A stretch of DNA of 64,000 nucleotides from an uncultured Gemmatimonadales bacterium (GCA_963695555.1 CAVOGR010000001.1:128001-192000); one strand, 5' to 3'. Positions 1-9,944 are shown, numbered from the stretch's first letter. Notes: generated by a model from the sequence alone, not told the origin. Numbers and translations are program-made.

Positions 1-254
1 ACGGAGTGGCCGACATCCCGATCGAGGAGCGGGACATGACCGAAGTGACCCACGTGACGGGGCGGACTGCTGGGGGAGACATCGAGACCGTCCAGGTTGG
101 GCCTCCAGAGAGTTCGGCCCTCAACATCGCCTTCGATGTGACACCGCGGGATCTGGTCACCGGTCTGATCACCGAACGTGGCATGTGCCCCGCCTCCGAA
201 GCCGGCCTCCTCTCGCTCTACCCAGAGCGAGCAACCGCCTCACGATCGCCATGA
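1..254 (+). CDS. mtnA: S-methyl-5-thioribose-1-phosphate isomerase, C-terminal part (gene begins before the window)
   Basis: IPIEER...N(I)AFDVTPRDLVTGLITERG matches the MtnA/eIF2B C-terminal motifs. The TGA stop overlaps the next ATG. Confidence 0.9.
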   Translation, partial: GVADIPIEERDMTEVTHVTGRTAGGDIETVQVGPPESSALNIAFDVTPRDLVTGLITERGMCPASEAGLLSLYPERATASRSP

Positions 255-940
255 CCCATCCGGAAGGGGTCATCAAGTTCGAAGTGGACCACGAGAGTCG
301 GCCGATCGACTATGACCGGCTCCACGAGCTCATCTGCCAATTGGTTGCGTGGCGTGAGATCATGGCTCTGACCGGGCTGGTGGGCCAGGACCCGCGCCGG
401 TACGACGGGGCGGGATACGGCAACGCCAGCGTGCGGGTCGGACGGCCCGGCGCGGCGCTGGGCCGTCGGAGCTACCTCATTACCGGCACGCAGACGTCGG
501 GCAAGCGCTGCATCGGCCCGGACGACTTTGCCATGGTCGAGCAATACGATCACCGCCGCAACTGGCTGAAGAGCCACGGCCGCACGGAGCCGTCCTCGGA
601 GTCGCTGACCCACGGTGCAACCTACGACCTGGGCCCGCACATCCGATGCGTGTTGCACGCCCACACCCCGGTGCTCTGGCGCCGGTCCCGCGAGCTGCGA
701 CTTCCCACCACCGAGCCTCATGTGCCGTATGGAACGCCGGCAATGGCCGCGGAGGTGCAGCGGCTGTATCGCGACGGGGTCTTTGCCGAGCGGCGCATCC
801 TCGCCATGGGCGGCCATGAGGACGGCATTCTGGTCTTTGGGCGGACGCCGGAGGACGCGGGGCAGGTGCTGCTGGCCTGGTTGGCCCGTGCCTATGAGCG
901 AGACTGCGGATCCTCGGGCGGGAGTTTCTGCCGCGTCTAG
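251..940 (+). CDS. Class II aldolase/adducin family protein (MtnB/Ald2-like)
   Basis: EGVIKF N-terminus, GNAS, SSESLTH, HAH and GH metal-binding motifs. ATGA overlap with mtnA sets the start at 251. Confidence 0.85.
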   Translation: MTHPEGVIKFEVDHESRPIDYDRLHELICQLVAWREIMALTGLVGQDPRRYDGAGYGNASVRVGRPGAALGRRSYLITGTQTSGKRCIGPDDFAMVEQYDHRRNWLKSHGRTEPSSESLTHGATYDLGPHIRCVLHAHTPVLWRRSRELRLPTTEPHVPYGTPAMAAEVQRLYRDGVFAERRILAMGGHEDGILVFGRTPEDAGQVLLAWLARAYERDCGSSGGSFCRV

Positions 941-1047
941 CTCGAGGTTCGTGGTGCAACCTTCGCCCACGATACGCTGATCACGGGGAGAATGTCTCAT
1001 CCCCAGGGCCAGCGACGCCCCTGACACCCGCAACCGGTTCCGTAGCT

Positions 1048-2031
1048 GTGTCCGACCTGCGCCGAATAGTCCAAAGATCGATCTATTATCTGCAGAACTT
1101 CCTGCGCGACGTTACTCCACAGGCTCTCTTTCGGTCGCGGCTGAGTGGCATCCTCGGAGATCTGAACCGATACGATCGTCATGAGATTGCCGATCGAGTC
1201 GCGTACTACAACAAACTACGCCACAGCTTCACACTTGGAGATACGGCTACGACTATGGATCGTATTAGTACGAGACATTCGATGTATTATTACGATCTCA
1301 AACAACACGCACGGTACTTTCCCCGCCATCTTCGATTGCACTACGCGTTTGGCGATATCACCTCGGTACCTGACACGCCATCCTTCCTGAAGAGTAGGCC
1401 GATCGCCGGCGACAACGAGAATGCGGTTCTGTTGAATCTGGTCAAGCTTCGCCACTTCTACTTCCCGCGTGACCGAGTTCCCTTTGAAGCGAAGAAGGGG
1501 ATGGCGGTCTGGCGCGGCAGCCTAGGCCGGAACAACCCGACACGCCGTGCCTTGTTGATGCGGTATCGTGATCATGCACTGTGCAACATAGGCTACACCA
1601 GAAGCAAGCTGAGCGAGGATATCCCACCATCCCCCTACTTGCCGCCAGGCGCCCAACTGCGCTATCGGTACATCGTGTCGATCGAAGGGAATGATGTTGC
1701 AACGAACCTGAAGTGGATCATGGCCTCGAATTCGCTTTGCCTCATGCCTGCCCCAGTCCATGAGACATGGTTCATGGAGGGGCGGCTCGAACCAGGGAAG
1801 TGCTTCGTCCAGCTTCGTGACGACCTTGAAGACCTGGAAGAGAAGATTCTCTATTACGAAAAGCATTGGGACGAAGCTCGGGCAATCATCCAGAATGCCA
1901 ACCGTTCCACACTCGGGTTCAAGGATGCCCGGAAGGAGCGACTGATATCGCTGCTGGTGATGTACCAGTATTTCGTCCTGTCCGGGCAGATGGAACCGGA
2001 CGAACAGATCGGTACCATGCTGATGAGGTGA
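1048..2031 (+). CDS. Glycosyltransferase family 90 (LpsA-like LPS core biosynthesis protein)
   Basis: WRG, YRYIVSIEGNDVATNLKWIMASNS and ETWFMEGRL motifs. Visibly lower GC than neighbours. Confidence 0.85.
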   Translation: MSDLRRIVQRSIYYLQNFLRDVTPQALFRSRLSGILGDLNRYDRHEIADRVAYYNKLRHSFTLGDTATTMDRISTRHSMYYYDLKQHARYFPRHLRLHYAFGDITSVPDTPSFLKSRPIAGDNENAVLLNLVKLRHFYFPRDRVPFEAKKGMAVWRGSLGRNNPTRRALLMRYRDHALCNIGYTRSKLSEDIPPSPYLPPGAQLRYRYIVSIEGNDVATNLKWIMASNSLCLMPAPVHETWFMEGRLEPGKCFVQLRDDLEDLEEKILYYEKHWDEARAIIQNANRSTLGFKDARKERLISLLVMYQYFVLSGQMEPDEQIGTMLMR

Positions 2032-2061
2032 CCCCGGTTCCGGCATCGTTTCGTCAAAGTT

Positions 2062-2093
2062 CTACGGCCCGGCTCAGGTGAGCCGGGCCGTAG
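2062..2093. terminator. Perfect inverted repeat between convergent genes (likely terminator)
   Basis: ctacggcccggctca-gg-tgagccgggccgtag, 15-bp arms. Confidence 0.7.
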
Positions 2094-2115
2094 TGTCTCG
2101 AACCTCCTGATGTTA

Positions 2116-3051
2116 TCAAGTGGCCGGAACGTTGCTGCGTGTGATGATGGTTGTTCCACATGCCGGATGTTCTATCGTGACAAGGGTGGTCTGACCGTTC
2201 CGGGTCACCGTCGCCTCAATGACGCCGGCGTCGAACCGCGGCCGCAGCGTGCAGTCGACGTTGTAATGGAGTGGAGTGGTCGTCGCCACTTGCACGCTAT
2301 AGGTGTTGATCACATTCCGAATCCATGTGGCGTTACCGTCAAACGACCAGGTGCCGCTCGGTAACCGGCTGCCGTAATCGATCGACCCCGCTACGTCCGC
2401 ATCGAAGAGGCCGTTCCAGTTCTTGCTGTGCTCCCCGCTATTGCCATTCGCAAACTCGAAGGTCGTCTTGAAGTTTGTAATGGTATGGGTGAGCTGGCTG
2501 CCAGGATTGCTGGGACTGCCGACGATCTGGCGGGTCCCGTCCCATGTCCGGGCGCGGAAGCGATCGACCACGGTGCTGCTCACGGTGCGTGCCAGGTCGG
2601 AGAAGATGAACCGGATGCCGAAGCCGGGAATAGCCGGATCCTCGATGCCCAAGGTGCCGCTCATCTGCACGTTCACGTTGGCCAAGGTGCAATCGAATCC
2701 GGTGTAATCGAAGAGCACCGCATCGGGCACGCGATCGTTGTCGAGATTCGCAGGCTGGGGAGGGGTGATGGTCGGCTGGCACACGCCGGTGGCACCCGGG
2801 ATCGGCGGGCCCGAAAACCCAACCTCCGCGAAGTCGACGTCGAAACCGGTCGTGTTGTCGTAGGTCGAGGCCTCCGCAAACGACTCGGCATCGTCGCTGA
2901 CCATGGCGCCCAGCTCGTCGGCCTCGGCCTGGCTCAGGGCCACGGTCGTGCCGCCCGGGGCAGTGACTTCTTCACTGCACGCGGTGAGGGCCAATGCTAC
3001 CGCCATGGCGCCGGCCGCTATCAGTCTCGTCAAGGGGAAAGAGGTCTGCAT
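2116..3051 (-). CDS. Hypothetical lipoprotein, beta-rich
   Basis: Signal peptide with LTAC lipobox. GGAG upstream of the ATG. Thr/Asn/Gly-rich mature region. Confidence 0.8.
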   Translation of the reverse strand: MQTSFPLTRLIAAGAMAVALALTACSEEVTAPGGTTVALSQAEADELGAMVSDDAESFAEASTYDNTTGFDVDFAEVGFSGPPIPGATGVCQPTITPPQPANLDNDRVPDAVLFDYTGFDCTLANVNVQMSGTLGIEDPAIPGFGIRFIFSDLARTVSSTVVDRFRARTWDGTRQIVGSPSNPGSQLTHTITNFKTTFEFANGNSGEHSKNWNGLFDADVAGSIDYGSRLPSGTWSFDGNATWIRNVINTYSVQVATTTPLHYNVDCTLRPRFDAGVIEATVTRNGQTTLVTIEHPACGTTIITRSNVPAT

Positions 3052-3207
3052 GGTTCACGCTCCTGTATGTGCTATGGTTGGACCAGAGGCCCATATCGCC
3101 TCCAATCTGCCCAGGAGACGTGCCAGGCGCTGTAATGTTAAGTCGTTAGAGATTAGTGATCTACATCACCATAGCCGGTGACGGAGATCACGCCGCCCTG
3201 GGGATGC

Positions 3208-4038
3208 CTAGGAGGCGGTCTTGCGCTTGGGTTTGGCGGGTGTCTCCTCGGCGGCGGCCTCTCTCCCGCCCTCGGCGAGGCTTGCCTTGAGGGCCGCCAT
3301 GAGGTCGAGGATCTTCGTCTGGGGAGCTTCCGCCGGCTCGGAGGTGATTTCCTCGCCCTCGACCTTCCGTTGGATGGCTTCGAGGACCCGGTCGCGCACG
3401 TGATCGCGGTAGGCCTCGGGCTTGAACGCGTCGGTGGCCGTCTGACTGATCAGCTGCTTGGCCAGTTCGAGCTCTTGCTCCTTGACCTCGCCTGGGTCGC
3501 CGGGGACTTCGGACGCGGGCCGCAACTCATCGGCGTAGTGGAGTTGCTCCAACACCAGGATGCTGTCGATGGGTCGAACCAGGATTAGGTGCTGTTGACC
3601 GCGTGCAGCGTATTGGCCCAGGGCAGCCCGCCCAGTTTGCTTGAGGGCCTCCGCCAAGAGACGGTAGGCGCGCTCGCCGCCCTTGTCCGGACCGAGATAG
3701 TAGGCCTTGTCGAGGTAGAGACGATCGACCTGGTCCAGGGGGACGAATTCCGAGATGTCGATCGAGTTCGTCGCTTTCTCGTCCAGGGCCTTGAGTTCTT
3801 CCGGAGTAAACAGCACGTATTGGCCCTTGGAGAACTCGTAGCCCTTGACCATCTCGTCCTTGGCCACGACTCGGCCGTCGGCGGCGCTGATATACTGTTG
3901 CTTGAGGCGCGACCCGGTCTTCTTATCGACCCAGTTGAACGAGATCCTGGCCGCGGACTCGGACGAGGAGTAGAGTTTGATCGGGACGGAGACCAAACCG
4001 AAGGAAATTGTCGCGGCAGCAATGGGGCGTGCACTCAT
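3208..4038 (-). CDS. ku: Non-homologous end joining protein Ku
   Basis: ISFGLVSVPIKLY, KGYE and YYLGPD motifs, basic C-tail. Start placed at MSARP (4038). Confidence 0.95.
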   Translation of the reverse strand: MSARPIAAATISFGLVSVPIKLYSSSESAARISFNWVDKKTGSRLKQQYISAADGRVVAKDEMVKGYEFSKGQYVLFTPEELKALDEKATNSIDISEFVPLDQVDRLYLDKAYYLGPDKGGERAYRLLAEALKQTGRAALGQYAARGQQHLILVRPIDSILVLEQLHYADELRPASEVPGDPGEVKEQELELAKQLISQTATDAFKPEAYRDHVRDRVLEAIQRKVEGEEITSEPAEAPQTKILDLMAALKASLAEGGREAAAEETPAKPKRKTAS

Positions 4039-4064
4039 GAGCAAAATCATACGAGATTCCTAGT

Positions 4065-6596
4065 ATGGCCGCAACGGACGATCGCACCCCCGACCCCCTA
4101 AGTACTTATCGGGCAAAACGTTCCGTCGAAGGCACGCCGGAGCCGAGCGGCGCGGTCGGGCGGGAGCGCGGCTCGTTGTTTGTGGTGCACAAGCACGCGG
4201 CGCGGCGGCTCCACTACGATCTCCGACTCGAAATGGAGGGAGTCCTCCGCTCCTGGGCCGTGCCGAAAGGGCCGTCGTTCGACCAACAGGACAAGCGGCT
4301 TGCCGTTCACGTCGAAGATCATCCCATCGAGTACGGCGACTTCGAGGGGCGGATTCCGGAGGGCAACTACGGCGCGGGCGCCGTCATCATCTGGGATCGT
4401 GGCGTGTGGATTCCACTGGAGGATCCACTCGAGGGTTTGAAGAAAGGAAAACTCCTCTTCGAATTGCGGGGGTACAAACTCAAGGGTGCCTGGACCCTGG
4501 TCAAGATCAAGAAGTCGGAGAAGGATTGGCTCCTCATCAAGGAGCGGGATGCGTACCAGGTTGCCGGCGGGGTGGAGGTGCCCGAGGTATCGGTCATGTC
4601 GGGGTTGTCGGTGGACGACCTCGCCTCGGGTCGCGACCCGGCTGCACCGATCACGCAGGAGCTCGTCCAACTCGGAGCACCGCGGCAGCGCGTCGACGCG
4701 TCCGCGGTCGAGGTCATGTTGGCGGAAACGAGTGAGGCGCCATTCACGAAGCCGGACTGGGTCTTCGAGCTGAAGCTCGACGGCTACCGCATCGTGGCCG
4801 GTGTGGACCAGGGCGCGGCGATGCTCCGCACCCGAGCCGGCCGGGACACGACGGACAGTTTCCCGGAGATCACACGGGCGGTAGCCGCGCTACCATTCCG
4901 GCATCTCGTGCTGGACGGGGAGGTAGTGGCGCTCGATGCCGACGGCCGGCCGAGCTTCCAGCGCCTGCAGCAACGCGCACGACTCACCCGGCCGCTGGAC
5001 GTCAAACGGGCAGCGGTGGCCATTCCCGTGACCTATTTCGTATTCGACCTTCTGGGGTTCGAGGACTTCGACCTGCGGCCCTTGCCGCTCGAGGTCCGGA
5101 AGTCGCTGCTGCGACGCATTCTGCCGCCAGTGGGTCCGCTGCCGTTCGTCGACCACATCGCGGAACAAGGTGACGCGGTGTTTGAGCAAGTCCGCAAGCT
5201 CGGGCTCGAGGGAATCGTCGCCAAGCGAGCCGACGCTCCGTATCAGGGCGGCCGTTCGTCTGCGTGGCTCAAGGTGCGGTCCGATCGGACCGACGATTTC
5301 GTGGTGGTAGGGTACACCGCCCCGAAGGGATCACGTGGCGGGTTCGGTGCGCTGCACTTGGCTGACTATGTCGATGAAACCCTCGTGTATGGAGGCCGAG
5401 TGGGCAGCGGGTTCAGCCAGGACCAACTCACCGAAATCGCGCATGAACTCGAGACCCGCAGTCGGCCCGACGCGCCGTGTGTCGGGCCGCTTCCCCAAGA
5501 TCCGGGCACGACGTGGGTCGAGCCCGATCTGGTTTGCGAAGTCCGCTACAAGGAGTGGACGGACGAGGGTCTGCTGCGGCAGCCGGTGTTCATCCAGTTT
5601 CGGGACGACAAGCCGATGGCGGAATGTGTGCGCCAGGCCGGGCGGCCCCGGCTCGAGGAACCGGCCGCCGTTCAGCGCACAGGGCCGGTCGATCGGGTGG
5701 TGCGGTTTTCCAACCTCGAGAAGGTCTTCTGGCCCGACGAGGGCTACACCAAGGGGGACTTGATCGACTACTACCGGATAGTTGCGCCGTGGCTCCTGCC
5801 GTATCTCGAGAACCGCCCGGTTGTGCTGACCCGATATCCGGACGGGATCACGGGCAAGTCGTTCTATCAGAAAGATGCGCCGAAGTTCATTCCCGACTGG
5901 CTTCGGACCGAGCGGATGTGGAGTGAGCAGGCCCAGCGCGAGATCGACTATTTCATTTGCGATGATGAGGCATCACTGCTCTACCTCATCAACCTGGGGA
6001 CGATCCCACTGCACTTATGGGCGAGCCGCGCCGGCGCGCTCGAGCGCCCCGACTGGTGCATTTTGGATCTCGACCCGAAAGAGGCCCCATTCATTCACGT
6101 CGTGACTGTTGCGCAGGCAATTCATCGGCTCTGCGAGGCGATCAGCCTCCCGCACTTCGTGAAGACCAGCGGGTCGTCGGGGCTGCACGTGTTGCTTCCG
6201 ATGGGCCGGCAGGTGACGTACGAGCAGGCCCGCAGTTTCGGGGAGCTATTCGCGAACATCGTTGTTGCCGAGCTGCCGGACATCGCCACGGTCGTCCGGA
6301 ATCCCGCCCGCCGTGAGGGCAAGGTGTACGTGGATTTCCTGCAGAACGGCCATGGCCGGACCATCGCGGCGCCCTATAGTGCCCGTCCTCTTCCCGGCGC
6401 CCCGGTGTCCGCCCCGCTTGCCTGGGAGGAGGTCACCCCGGACCTTCGGATTCTCGACTACACCATCCAGACCATGCCCCGGCGTCTCGCAGTGATGCCC
6501 GATGATCCGCTGCTGCCGGCGATTCGGTTGCAGCCCGACCTGGCGACCATCGTCTCTGGCGTGCAGGCGTATGCGGCCGGCTTGGAGCTGGGCTGA
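4065..6596 (+). CDS. ligD: DNA ligase D (phosphoesterase + ATP-dependent ligase + primase/polymerase)
   Basis: HYDLRLE/SWAVPKGP (PE), KLDG and EGIVAK (ligase), RYPDG/DLDP/KTSG (polymerase). Confidence 0.97.
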   Translation: MAATDDRTPDPLSTYRAKRSVEGTPEPSGAVGRERGSLFVVHKHAARRLHYDLRLEMEGVLRSWAVPKGPSFDQQDKRLAVHVEDHPIEYGDFEGRIPEGNYGAGAVIIWDRGVWIPLEDPLEGLKKGKLLFELRGYKLKGAWTLVKIKKSEKDWLLIKERDAYQVAGGVEVPEVSVMSGLSVDDLASGRDPAAPITQELVQLGAPRQRVDASAVEVMLAETSEAPFTKPDWVFELKLDGYRIVAGVDQGAAMLRTRAGRDTTDSFPEITRAVAALPFRHLVLDGEVVALDADGRPSFQRLQQRARLTRPLDVKRAAVAIPVTYFVFDLLGFEDFDLRPLPLEVRKSLLRRILPPVGPLPFVDHIAEQGDAVFEQVRKLGLEGIVAKRADAPYQGGRSSAWLKVRSDRTDDFVVVGYTAPKGSRGGFGALHLADYVDETLVYGGRVGSGFSQDQLTEIAHELETRSRPDAPCVGPLPQDPGTTWVEPDLVCEVRYKEWTDEGLLRQPVFIQFRDDKPMAECVRQAGRPRLEEPAAVQRTGPVDRVVRFSNLEKVFWPDEGYTKGDLIDYYRIVAPWLLPYLENRPVVLTRYPDGITGKSFYQKDAPKFIPDWLRTERMWSEQAQREIDYFICDDEASLLYLINLGTIPLHLWASRAGALERPDWCILDLDPKEAPFIHVVTVAQAIHRLCEAISLPHFVKTSGSSGLHVLLPMGRQVTYEQARSFGELFANIVVAELPDIATVVRNPARREGKVYVDFLQNGHGRTIAAPYSARPLPGAPVSAPLAWEEVTPDLRILDYTIQTMPRRLAVMPDDPLLPAIRLQPDLATIVSGVQAYAAGLELG

Positions 6597-6600
6597 GCGA

Positions 6601-6807
6601 CTAGAATCCTTCTTTCGGAATCAAGATGGTCAGGATGATGTAGGCCAGGATGCCCGGAAACGCGACCGAGGCGAGGGACAGGACGACGTACAGCACCCGC
6701 ACGACGGTTGGGTCCCAGCCGAGCCACTTGGCGATGCCGCCGCAGACACCCGTGATCATGACATCGGTGGTCGAGCGACGAAGCGGCGTCGTCAGATTGA
6801 ACGCCAT
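6601..6807 (-). CDS. pspC: PspC domain protein
   Basis: LRRS..D..I.GVCGGIA..LGWDPTVVR motif. GGAGG RBS. Confidence 0.9.
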   Translation of the reverse strand: MAFNLTTPLRRSTTDVMITGVCGGIAKWLGWDPTVVRVLYVVLSLASVAFPGILAYIILTILIPKEGF

Positions 6808-6825
6808 GCAGCCTCCTTCCGGCGG

Positions 6826-8268
6826 CTAGAGGTAGGGAGCCGCAAGCCGTGCCACCCCGTCCCGGAGTTTGATAGGGAGTGGCCGTCCGTTCACCTCTTG
6901 TAGGGTTACCGGGCGCGCGGTGCCGAGTTTGCGCTCAACCAAGTCGTCCAATGTGGATACGAGATCCGGATCGAAACACTCGATGTCGAACTCGAAGTTG
7001 AGTCGCAGGCTCCGCGGGTCCCAGTTACTGGATCCGAAGAAGGCCCAGCAGTCATCCACCAGCATGAGCTTGGTGTGGTCGAACGGTGGCGGCGTATAGA
7101 AGACGCAACACCCTCGGCGCAGGACCTGCCAAAGTTGCGCGGTGGAGGCCCATTGGACCAAGGCGAGGTTGTTCTCCTGTGGCAGGAGAATCTCGACCGC
7201 GACCCCGCGCATGGCGGTCACGTTCAGCGCACTGATCAATCTGGAGTCGGGCAGAAAGTAGGGCGTCACGATCCGGACCGAAGACCGCGCGGCCGCCAAG
7301 GCGCCGAGCAGCGTCAACTCGGCCTTGTCGAGATCCCGGTCGGGACCGTCGGTTATGCCTCGGGCAATCGCCTGGCCGGCGTCCTCAAGACGGGGAAACC
7401 AGTCCATGCCATCCAGGGCCTCACCTGTCGTGAAGATCCAGTCTTCCGAGAATGCCTCCATCAAGTGAGCCACGACAGGGCCCTCGATCTTGAAATGAAG
7501 GTCCTGGACCGGATGGGGATGCTGGCTGGCGAGGACACACGCCTCACGGATGTTCATTCCCCCGGTAAATCCAATAGTGCCGTCGATTATGAGAAGCTTT
7601 CGGTGGTTGCGCAGGTTCATGTAGGGCATGCGCCAGGGCACGATGGTGTGTTCGAAGCGGGCGACCGGGATTTGACGCCGCTTGAGGGCCCGGACGATAG
7701 GGGGCCACGAATAGCGAGCCCCGACCGCATCAATGAGCACGCGCACGGTGACACCGCGATGGACCGCGCGTTCCAACGCGTCCAGGAAGGACTGTCCGAC
7801 CGGGCCGTGGTCGAAGATGTACGTGCATAGGGCGACACTGCTCTGGGCAAGGTCGATAGCCGCGACCATGGTGGGGTAGGCCTCATCGCCATTCACGAGT
7901 GGGGTAATGGCGTTGCCCATGGTGAGGGAGTGTCCCGCGACGCGGTCCCCATAGGCGACAAGCTGCAGCAGGGACTCTGCCTGGGCAGGCAGGAGCACGT
8001 GAGGCGGGCGTTGGGCCACCTGGGTTTCGAACGTCTGATACCCTCGGGTGAGGGCCGCACGGCGTCGGATCCGGTTGATGCCGAAGAGCACGTACAGCAC
8101 GGCTCCGATCACGGGGGCGAGCCACACCACGCCTACCCAGCCGACGGCAGCGCGGCTATCGCTCTTATACAGGACGATGTGGGCGGACGTGATGAGGGAA
8201 AGCACGAATGTCAGGACGGCAGCAACGGCCGGCCAGATCTCGCCGAGGGTAGTGAGGATGGAGTCCAC
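6826..8268 (-). CDS. cls: Cardiolipin synthase (PLD family)
   Basis: Two HKD motifs (HRKLLIID, HTKLMLVDD) and two N-terminal TM helices. GTG start at 8268 is inferred. Confidence 0.92.
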   Translation of the reverse strand: MDSILTTLGEIWPAVAAVLTFVLSLITSAHIVLYKSDSRAAVGWVGVVWLAPVIGAVLYVLFGINRIRRRAALTRGYQTFETQVAQRPPHVLLPAQAESLLQLVAYGDRVAGHSLTMGNAITPLVNGDEAYPTMVAAIDLAQSSVALCTYIFDHGPVGQSFLDALERAVHRGVTVRVLIDAVGARYSWPPIVRALKRRQIPVARFEHTIVPWRMPYMNLRNHRKLLIIDGTIGFTGGMNIREACVLASQHPHPVQDLHFKIEGPVVAHLMEAFSEDWIFTTGEALDGMDWFPRLEDAGQAIARGITDGPDRDLDKAELTLLGALAAARSSVRIVTPYFLPDSRLISALNVTAMRGVAVEILLPQENNLALVQWASTAQLWQVLRRGCCVFYTPPPFDHTKLMLVDDCWAFFGSSNWDPRSLRLNFEFDIECFDPDLVSTLDDLVERKLGTARPVTLQEVNGRPLPIKLRDGVARLAAPYL

Positions 8269-8454
8269 GTCCAAAACATAGCCCGGGCCGCTTCGGCTGC
8301 CGAGGGAGGGCCGCTGACGGGACCGGTTGGCCGGGCGCTGCTCCAATCCCTCTGCTATCCCGTCAGCGGACCAAATACGCTAGATTCCGCGCGACCTTCA
8401 TTGCGAGTTTTACCGAGCCCGGGTGCGATAGCCCGGCGAACAGGGTGGAAGCGT

Positions 8455-9870
8455 ATGGCTCGATCAAACGGTCTGATGGCGCAAGTCAACAAGAGCTTCG
8501 ATCGCGCCGCCGCGCACACCGGTCATCCGGCGACGCTTCTCAAGCAGATCAAGATCTGCAACAGTGTGTACCATATGACCTTTCCCATCAAGCGGGACGA
8601 TGGGACGATCGAGGTCATCGAGGCGTGGCGGGCGGAGCATAGCCACCACCGGCTGCCCACCAAGGGCGGCATCCGCTACAGCATGGCGGTGGGCGAAGAC
8701 GAAGTCATGGCCCTCGCCGCGATGATGTCGTACAAGTGCGCCTTGGTCGACGCGCCCTTCGGCGGCGCTAAGGGCGGAATCCGAGTTGCGAGGCATAAGT
8801 ACTCGGACAAGGAACTCGAGCGGATCACCCGCCGGTATACCTTCGAATTGGTCAAAAAGAACTTCATCGGGCCGGGAGTCGATGTTCCGGCGCCGGATTT
8901 CGGTTCGGGGCCGCGCGAGATGGCCTGGATCGTGGACACGTATCGCTCCCTCCACGAGGGACAGCTGAATCCCGTTGCGTGTGTGACCGGGAAGCCCGTG
9001 ACCCAAGGAGGGATACGGGGGCGGGTCGAGGCCACCGGCCGCGGCGCCTTCTTCGGAATCCGTGAGGCATGTGACGTTGCCGAGGATATGAAGGCACTCA
9101 AGCTCACCCGCGGCCTCGAAGGTAAGACCGTCGCAGTCCAGGGTCTCGGGAACGTCGGGTACCACGCTGCCAAGTTCATTCAAGAAGGCGGTGGGGTATT
9201 GGTTGCGTTGTCGGAGTACGAGGGCGCCATTGCCAGCCCGAAGGGATTGGACGTCGAAGCCGTCATGGCACACCGCCGGGAAACGGGATCGATTCTCGAT
9301 TTTCCGGGGGCAAAGAACCTGGCGAAGAACACCGATATCTTGGAAATCAAGTGCGACATCCTCGTGCCCGCGGCACTCGAGCGGCAAATCACCGGCGAGA
9401 ACATGAAGCGCGTCAAGGCCAAGATCATTGCCGAGGCCGCCAACGGCCCGGTGACGGCGGATGCAGACACGTACCTCGAAGGCCGAGGCACACTCATCAT
9501 TCCGGGAACCTACTTGAATGCCGGCGGTGTCACCGTCTCCTACTTCGAGTGGGTCAAGAATTTGTCCCACCTGCGATTCGGCCGCATGCAAAAGCGCTTC
9601 GACGAGCACGCTTTCGGGCGGTTGCTCAGCGCGGTCGAGCAATCCACCGGACGGAAATTCACTGCCGCCGAGGCCCACGAGTTTACCAAAGGAGCCACGG
9701 AGGAAGACTTGGTGAACTCCGGCCTGGAAGAAACGATGGTAACGGCCTATCACACCGTTCGCGATACCCAAATGCGCCTCGGCAAGGACGTCGATCTCCG
9801 GACGGCGGCCTTTGTGTACGCGATTGACAAGATTGCGATTGCCTATGCCGAGCTCGGCATATTTCCCTAA
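8455..9870 (+). CDS. gdhA: Glu/Leu/Phe/Val dehydrogenase (glutamate dehydrogenase)
   Basis: KGGIRY, GGAKGG, DVPAPD, GLGNVG and NAGGVTVSYFEW motifs. Confidence 0.95.
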   Translation: MARSNGLMAQVNKSFDRAAAHTGHPATLLKQIKICNSVYHMTFPIKRDDGTIEVIEAWRAEHSHHRLPTKGGIRYSMAVGEDEVMALAAMMSYKCALVDAPFGGAKGGIRVARHKYSDKELERITRRYTFELVKKNFIGPGVDVPAPDFGSGPREMAWIVDTYRSLHEGQLNPVACVTGKPVTQGGIRGRVEATGRGAFFGIREACDVAEDMKALKLTRGLEGKTVAVQGLGNVGYHAAKFIQEGGGVLVALSEYEGAIASPKGLDVEAVMAHRRETGSILDFPGAKNLAKNTDILEIKCDILVPAALERQITGENMKRVKAKIIAEAANGPVTADADTYLEGRGTLIIPGTYLNAGGVTVSYFEWVKNLSHLRFGRMQKRFDEHAFGRLLSAVEQSTGRKFTAAEAHEFTKGATEEDLVNSGLEETMVTAYHTVRDTQMRLGKDVDLRTAAFVYAIDKIAIAYAELGIFP

Positions 9871-9944
9871 CGTACACACCGACCCCTTCCTGCCGGCCAC
9901 CACGGACATCGCGATGATCCCGATCATGGCCGGCATAGGGATCT

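Noticed and set aside
3154..3162. TAGTGATCT shared with 51581-51589
   Set aside because: A single 9-mer match is expected by chance in 64 kb.
7930..8454. N-terminal extension of the gdhA ORF
   Set aside because: Overlaps cls on the opposite strand; GDH similarity starts near 8455.
8464..9936. 490-aa antisense ORF over gdhA
   Set aside because: Mirror-frame shadow typical of GC-rich genes; no motifs.
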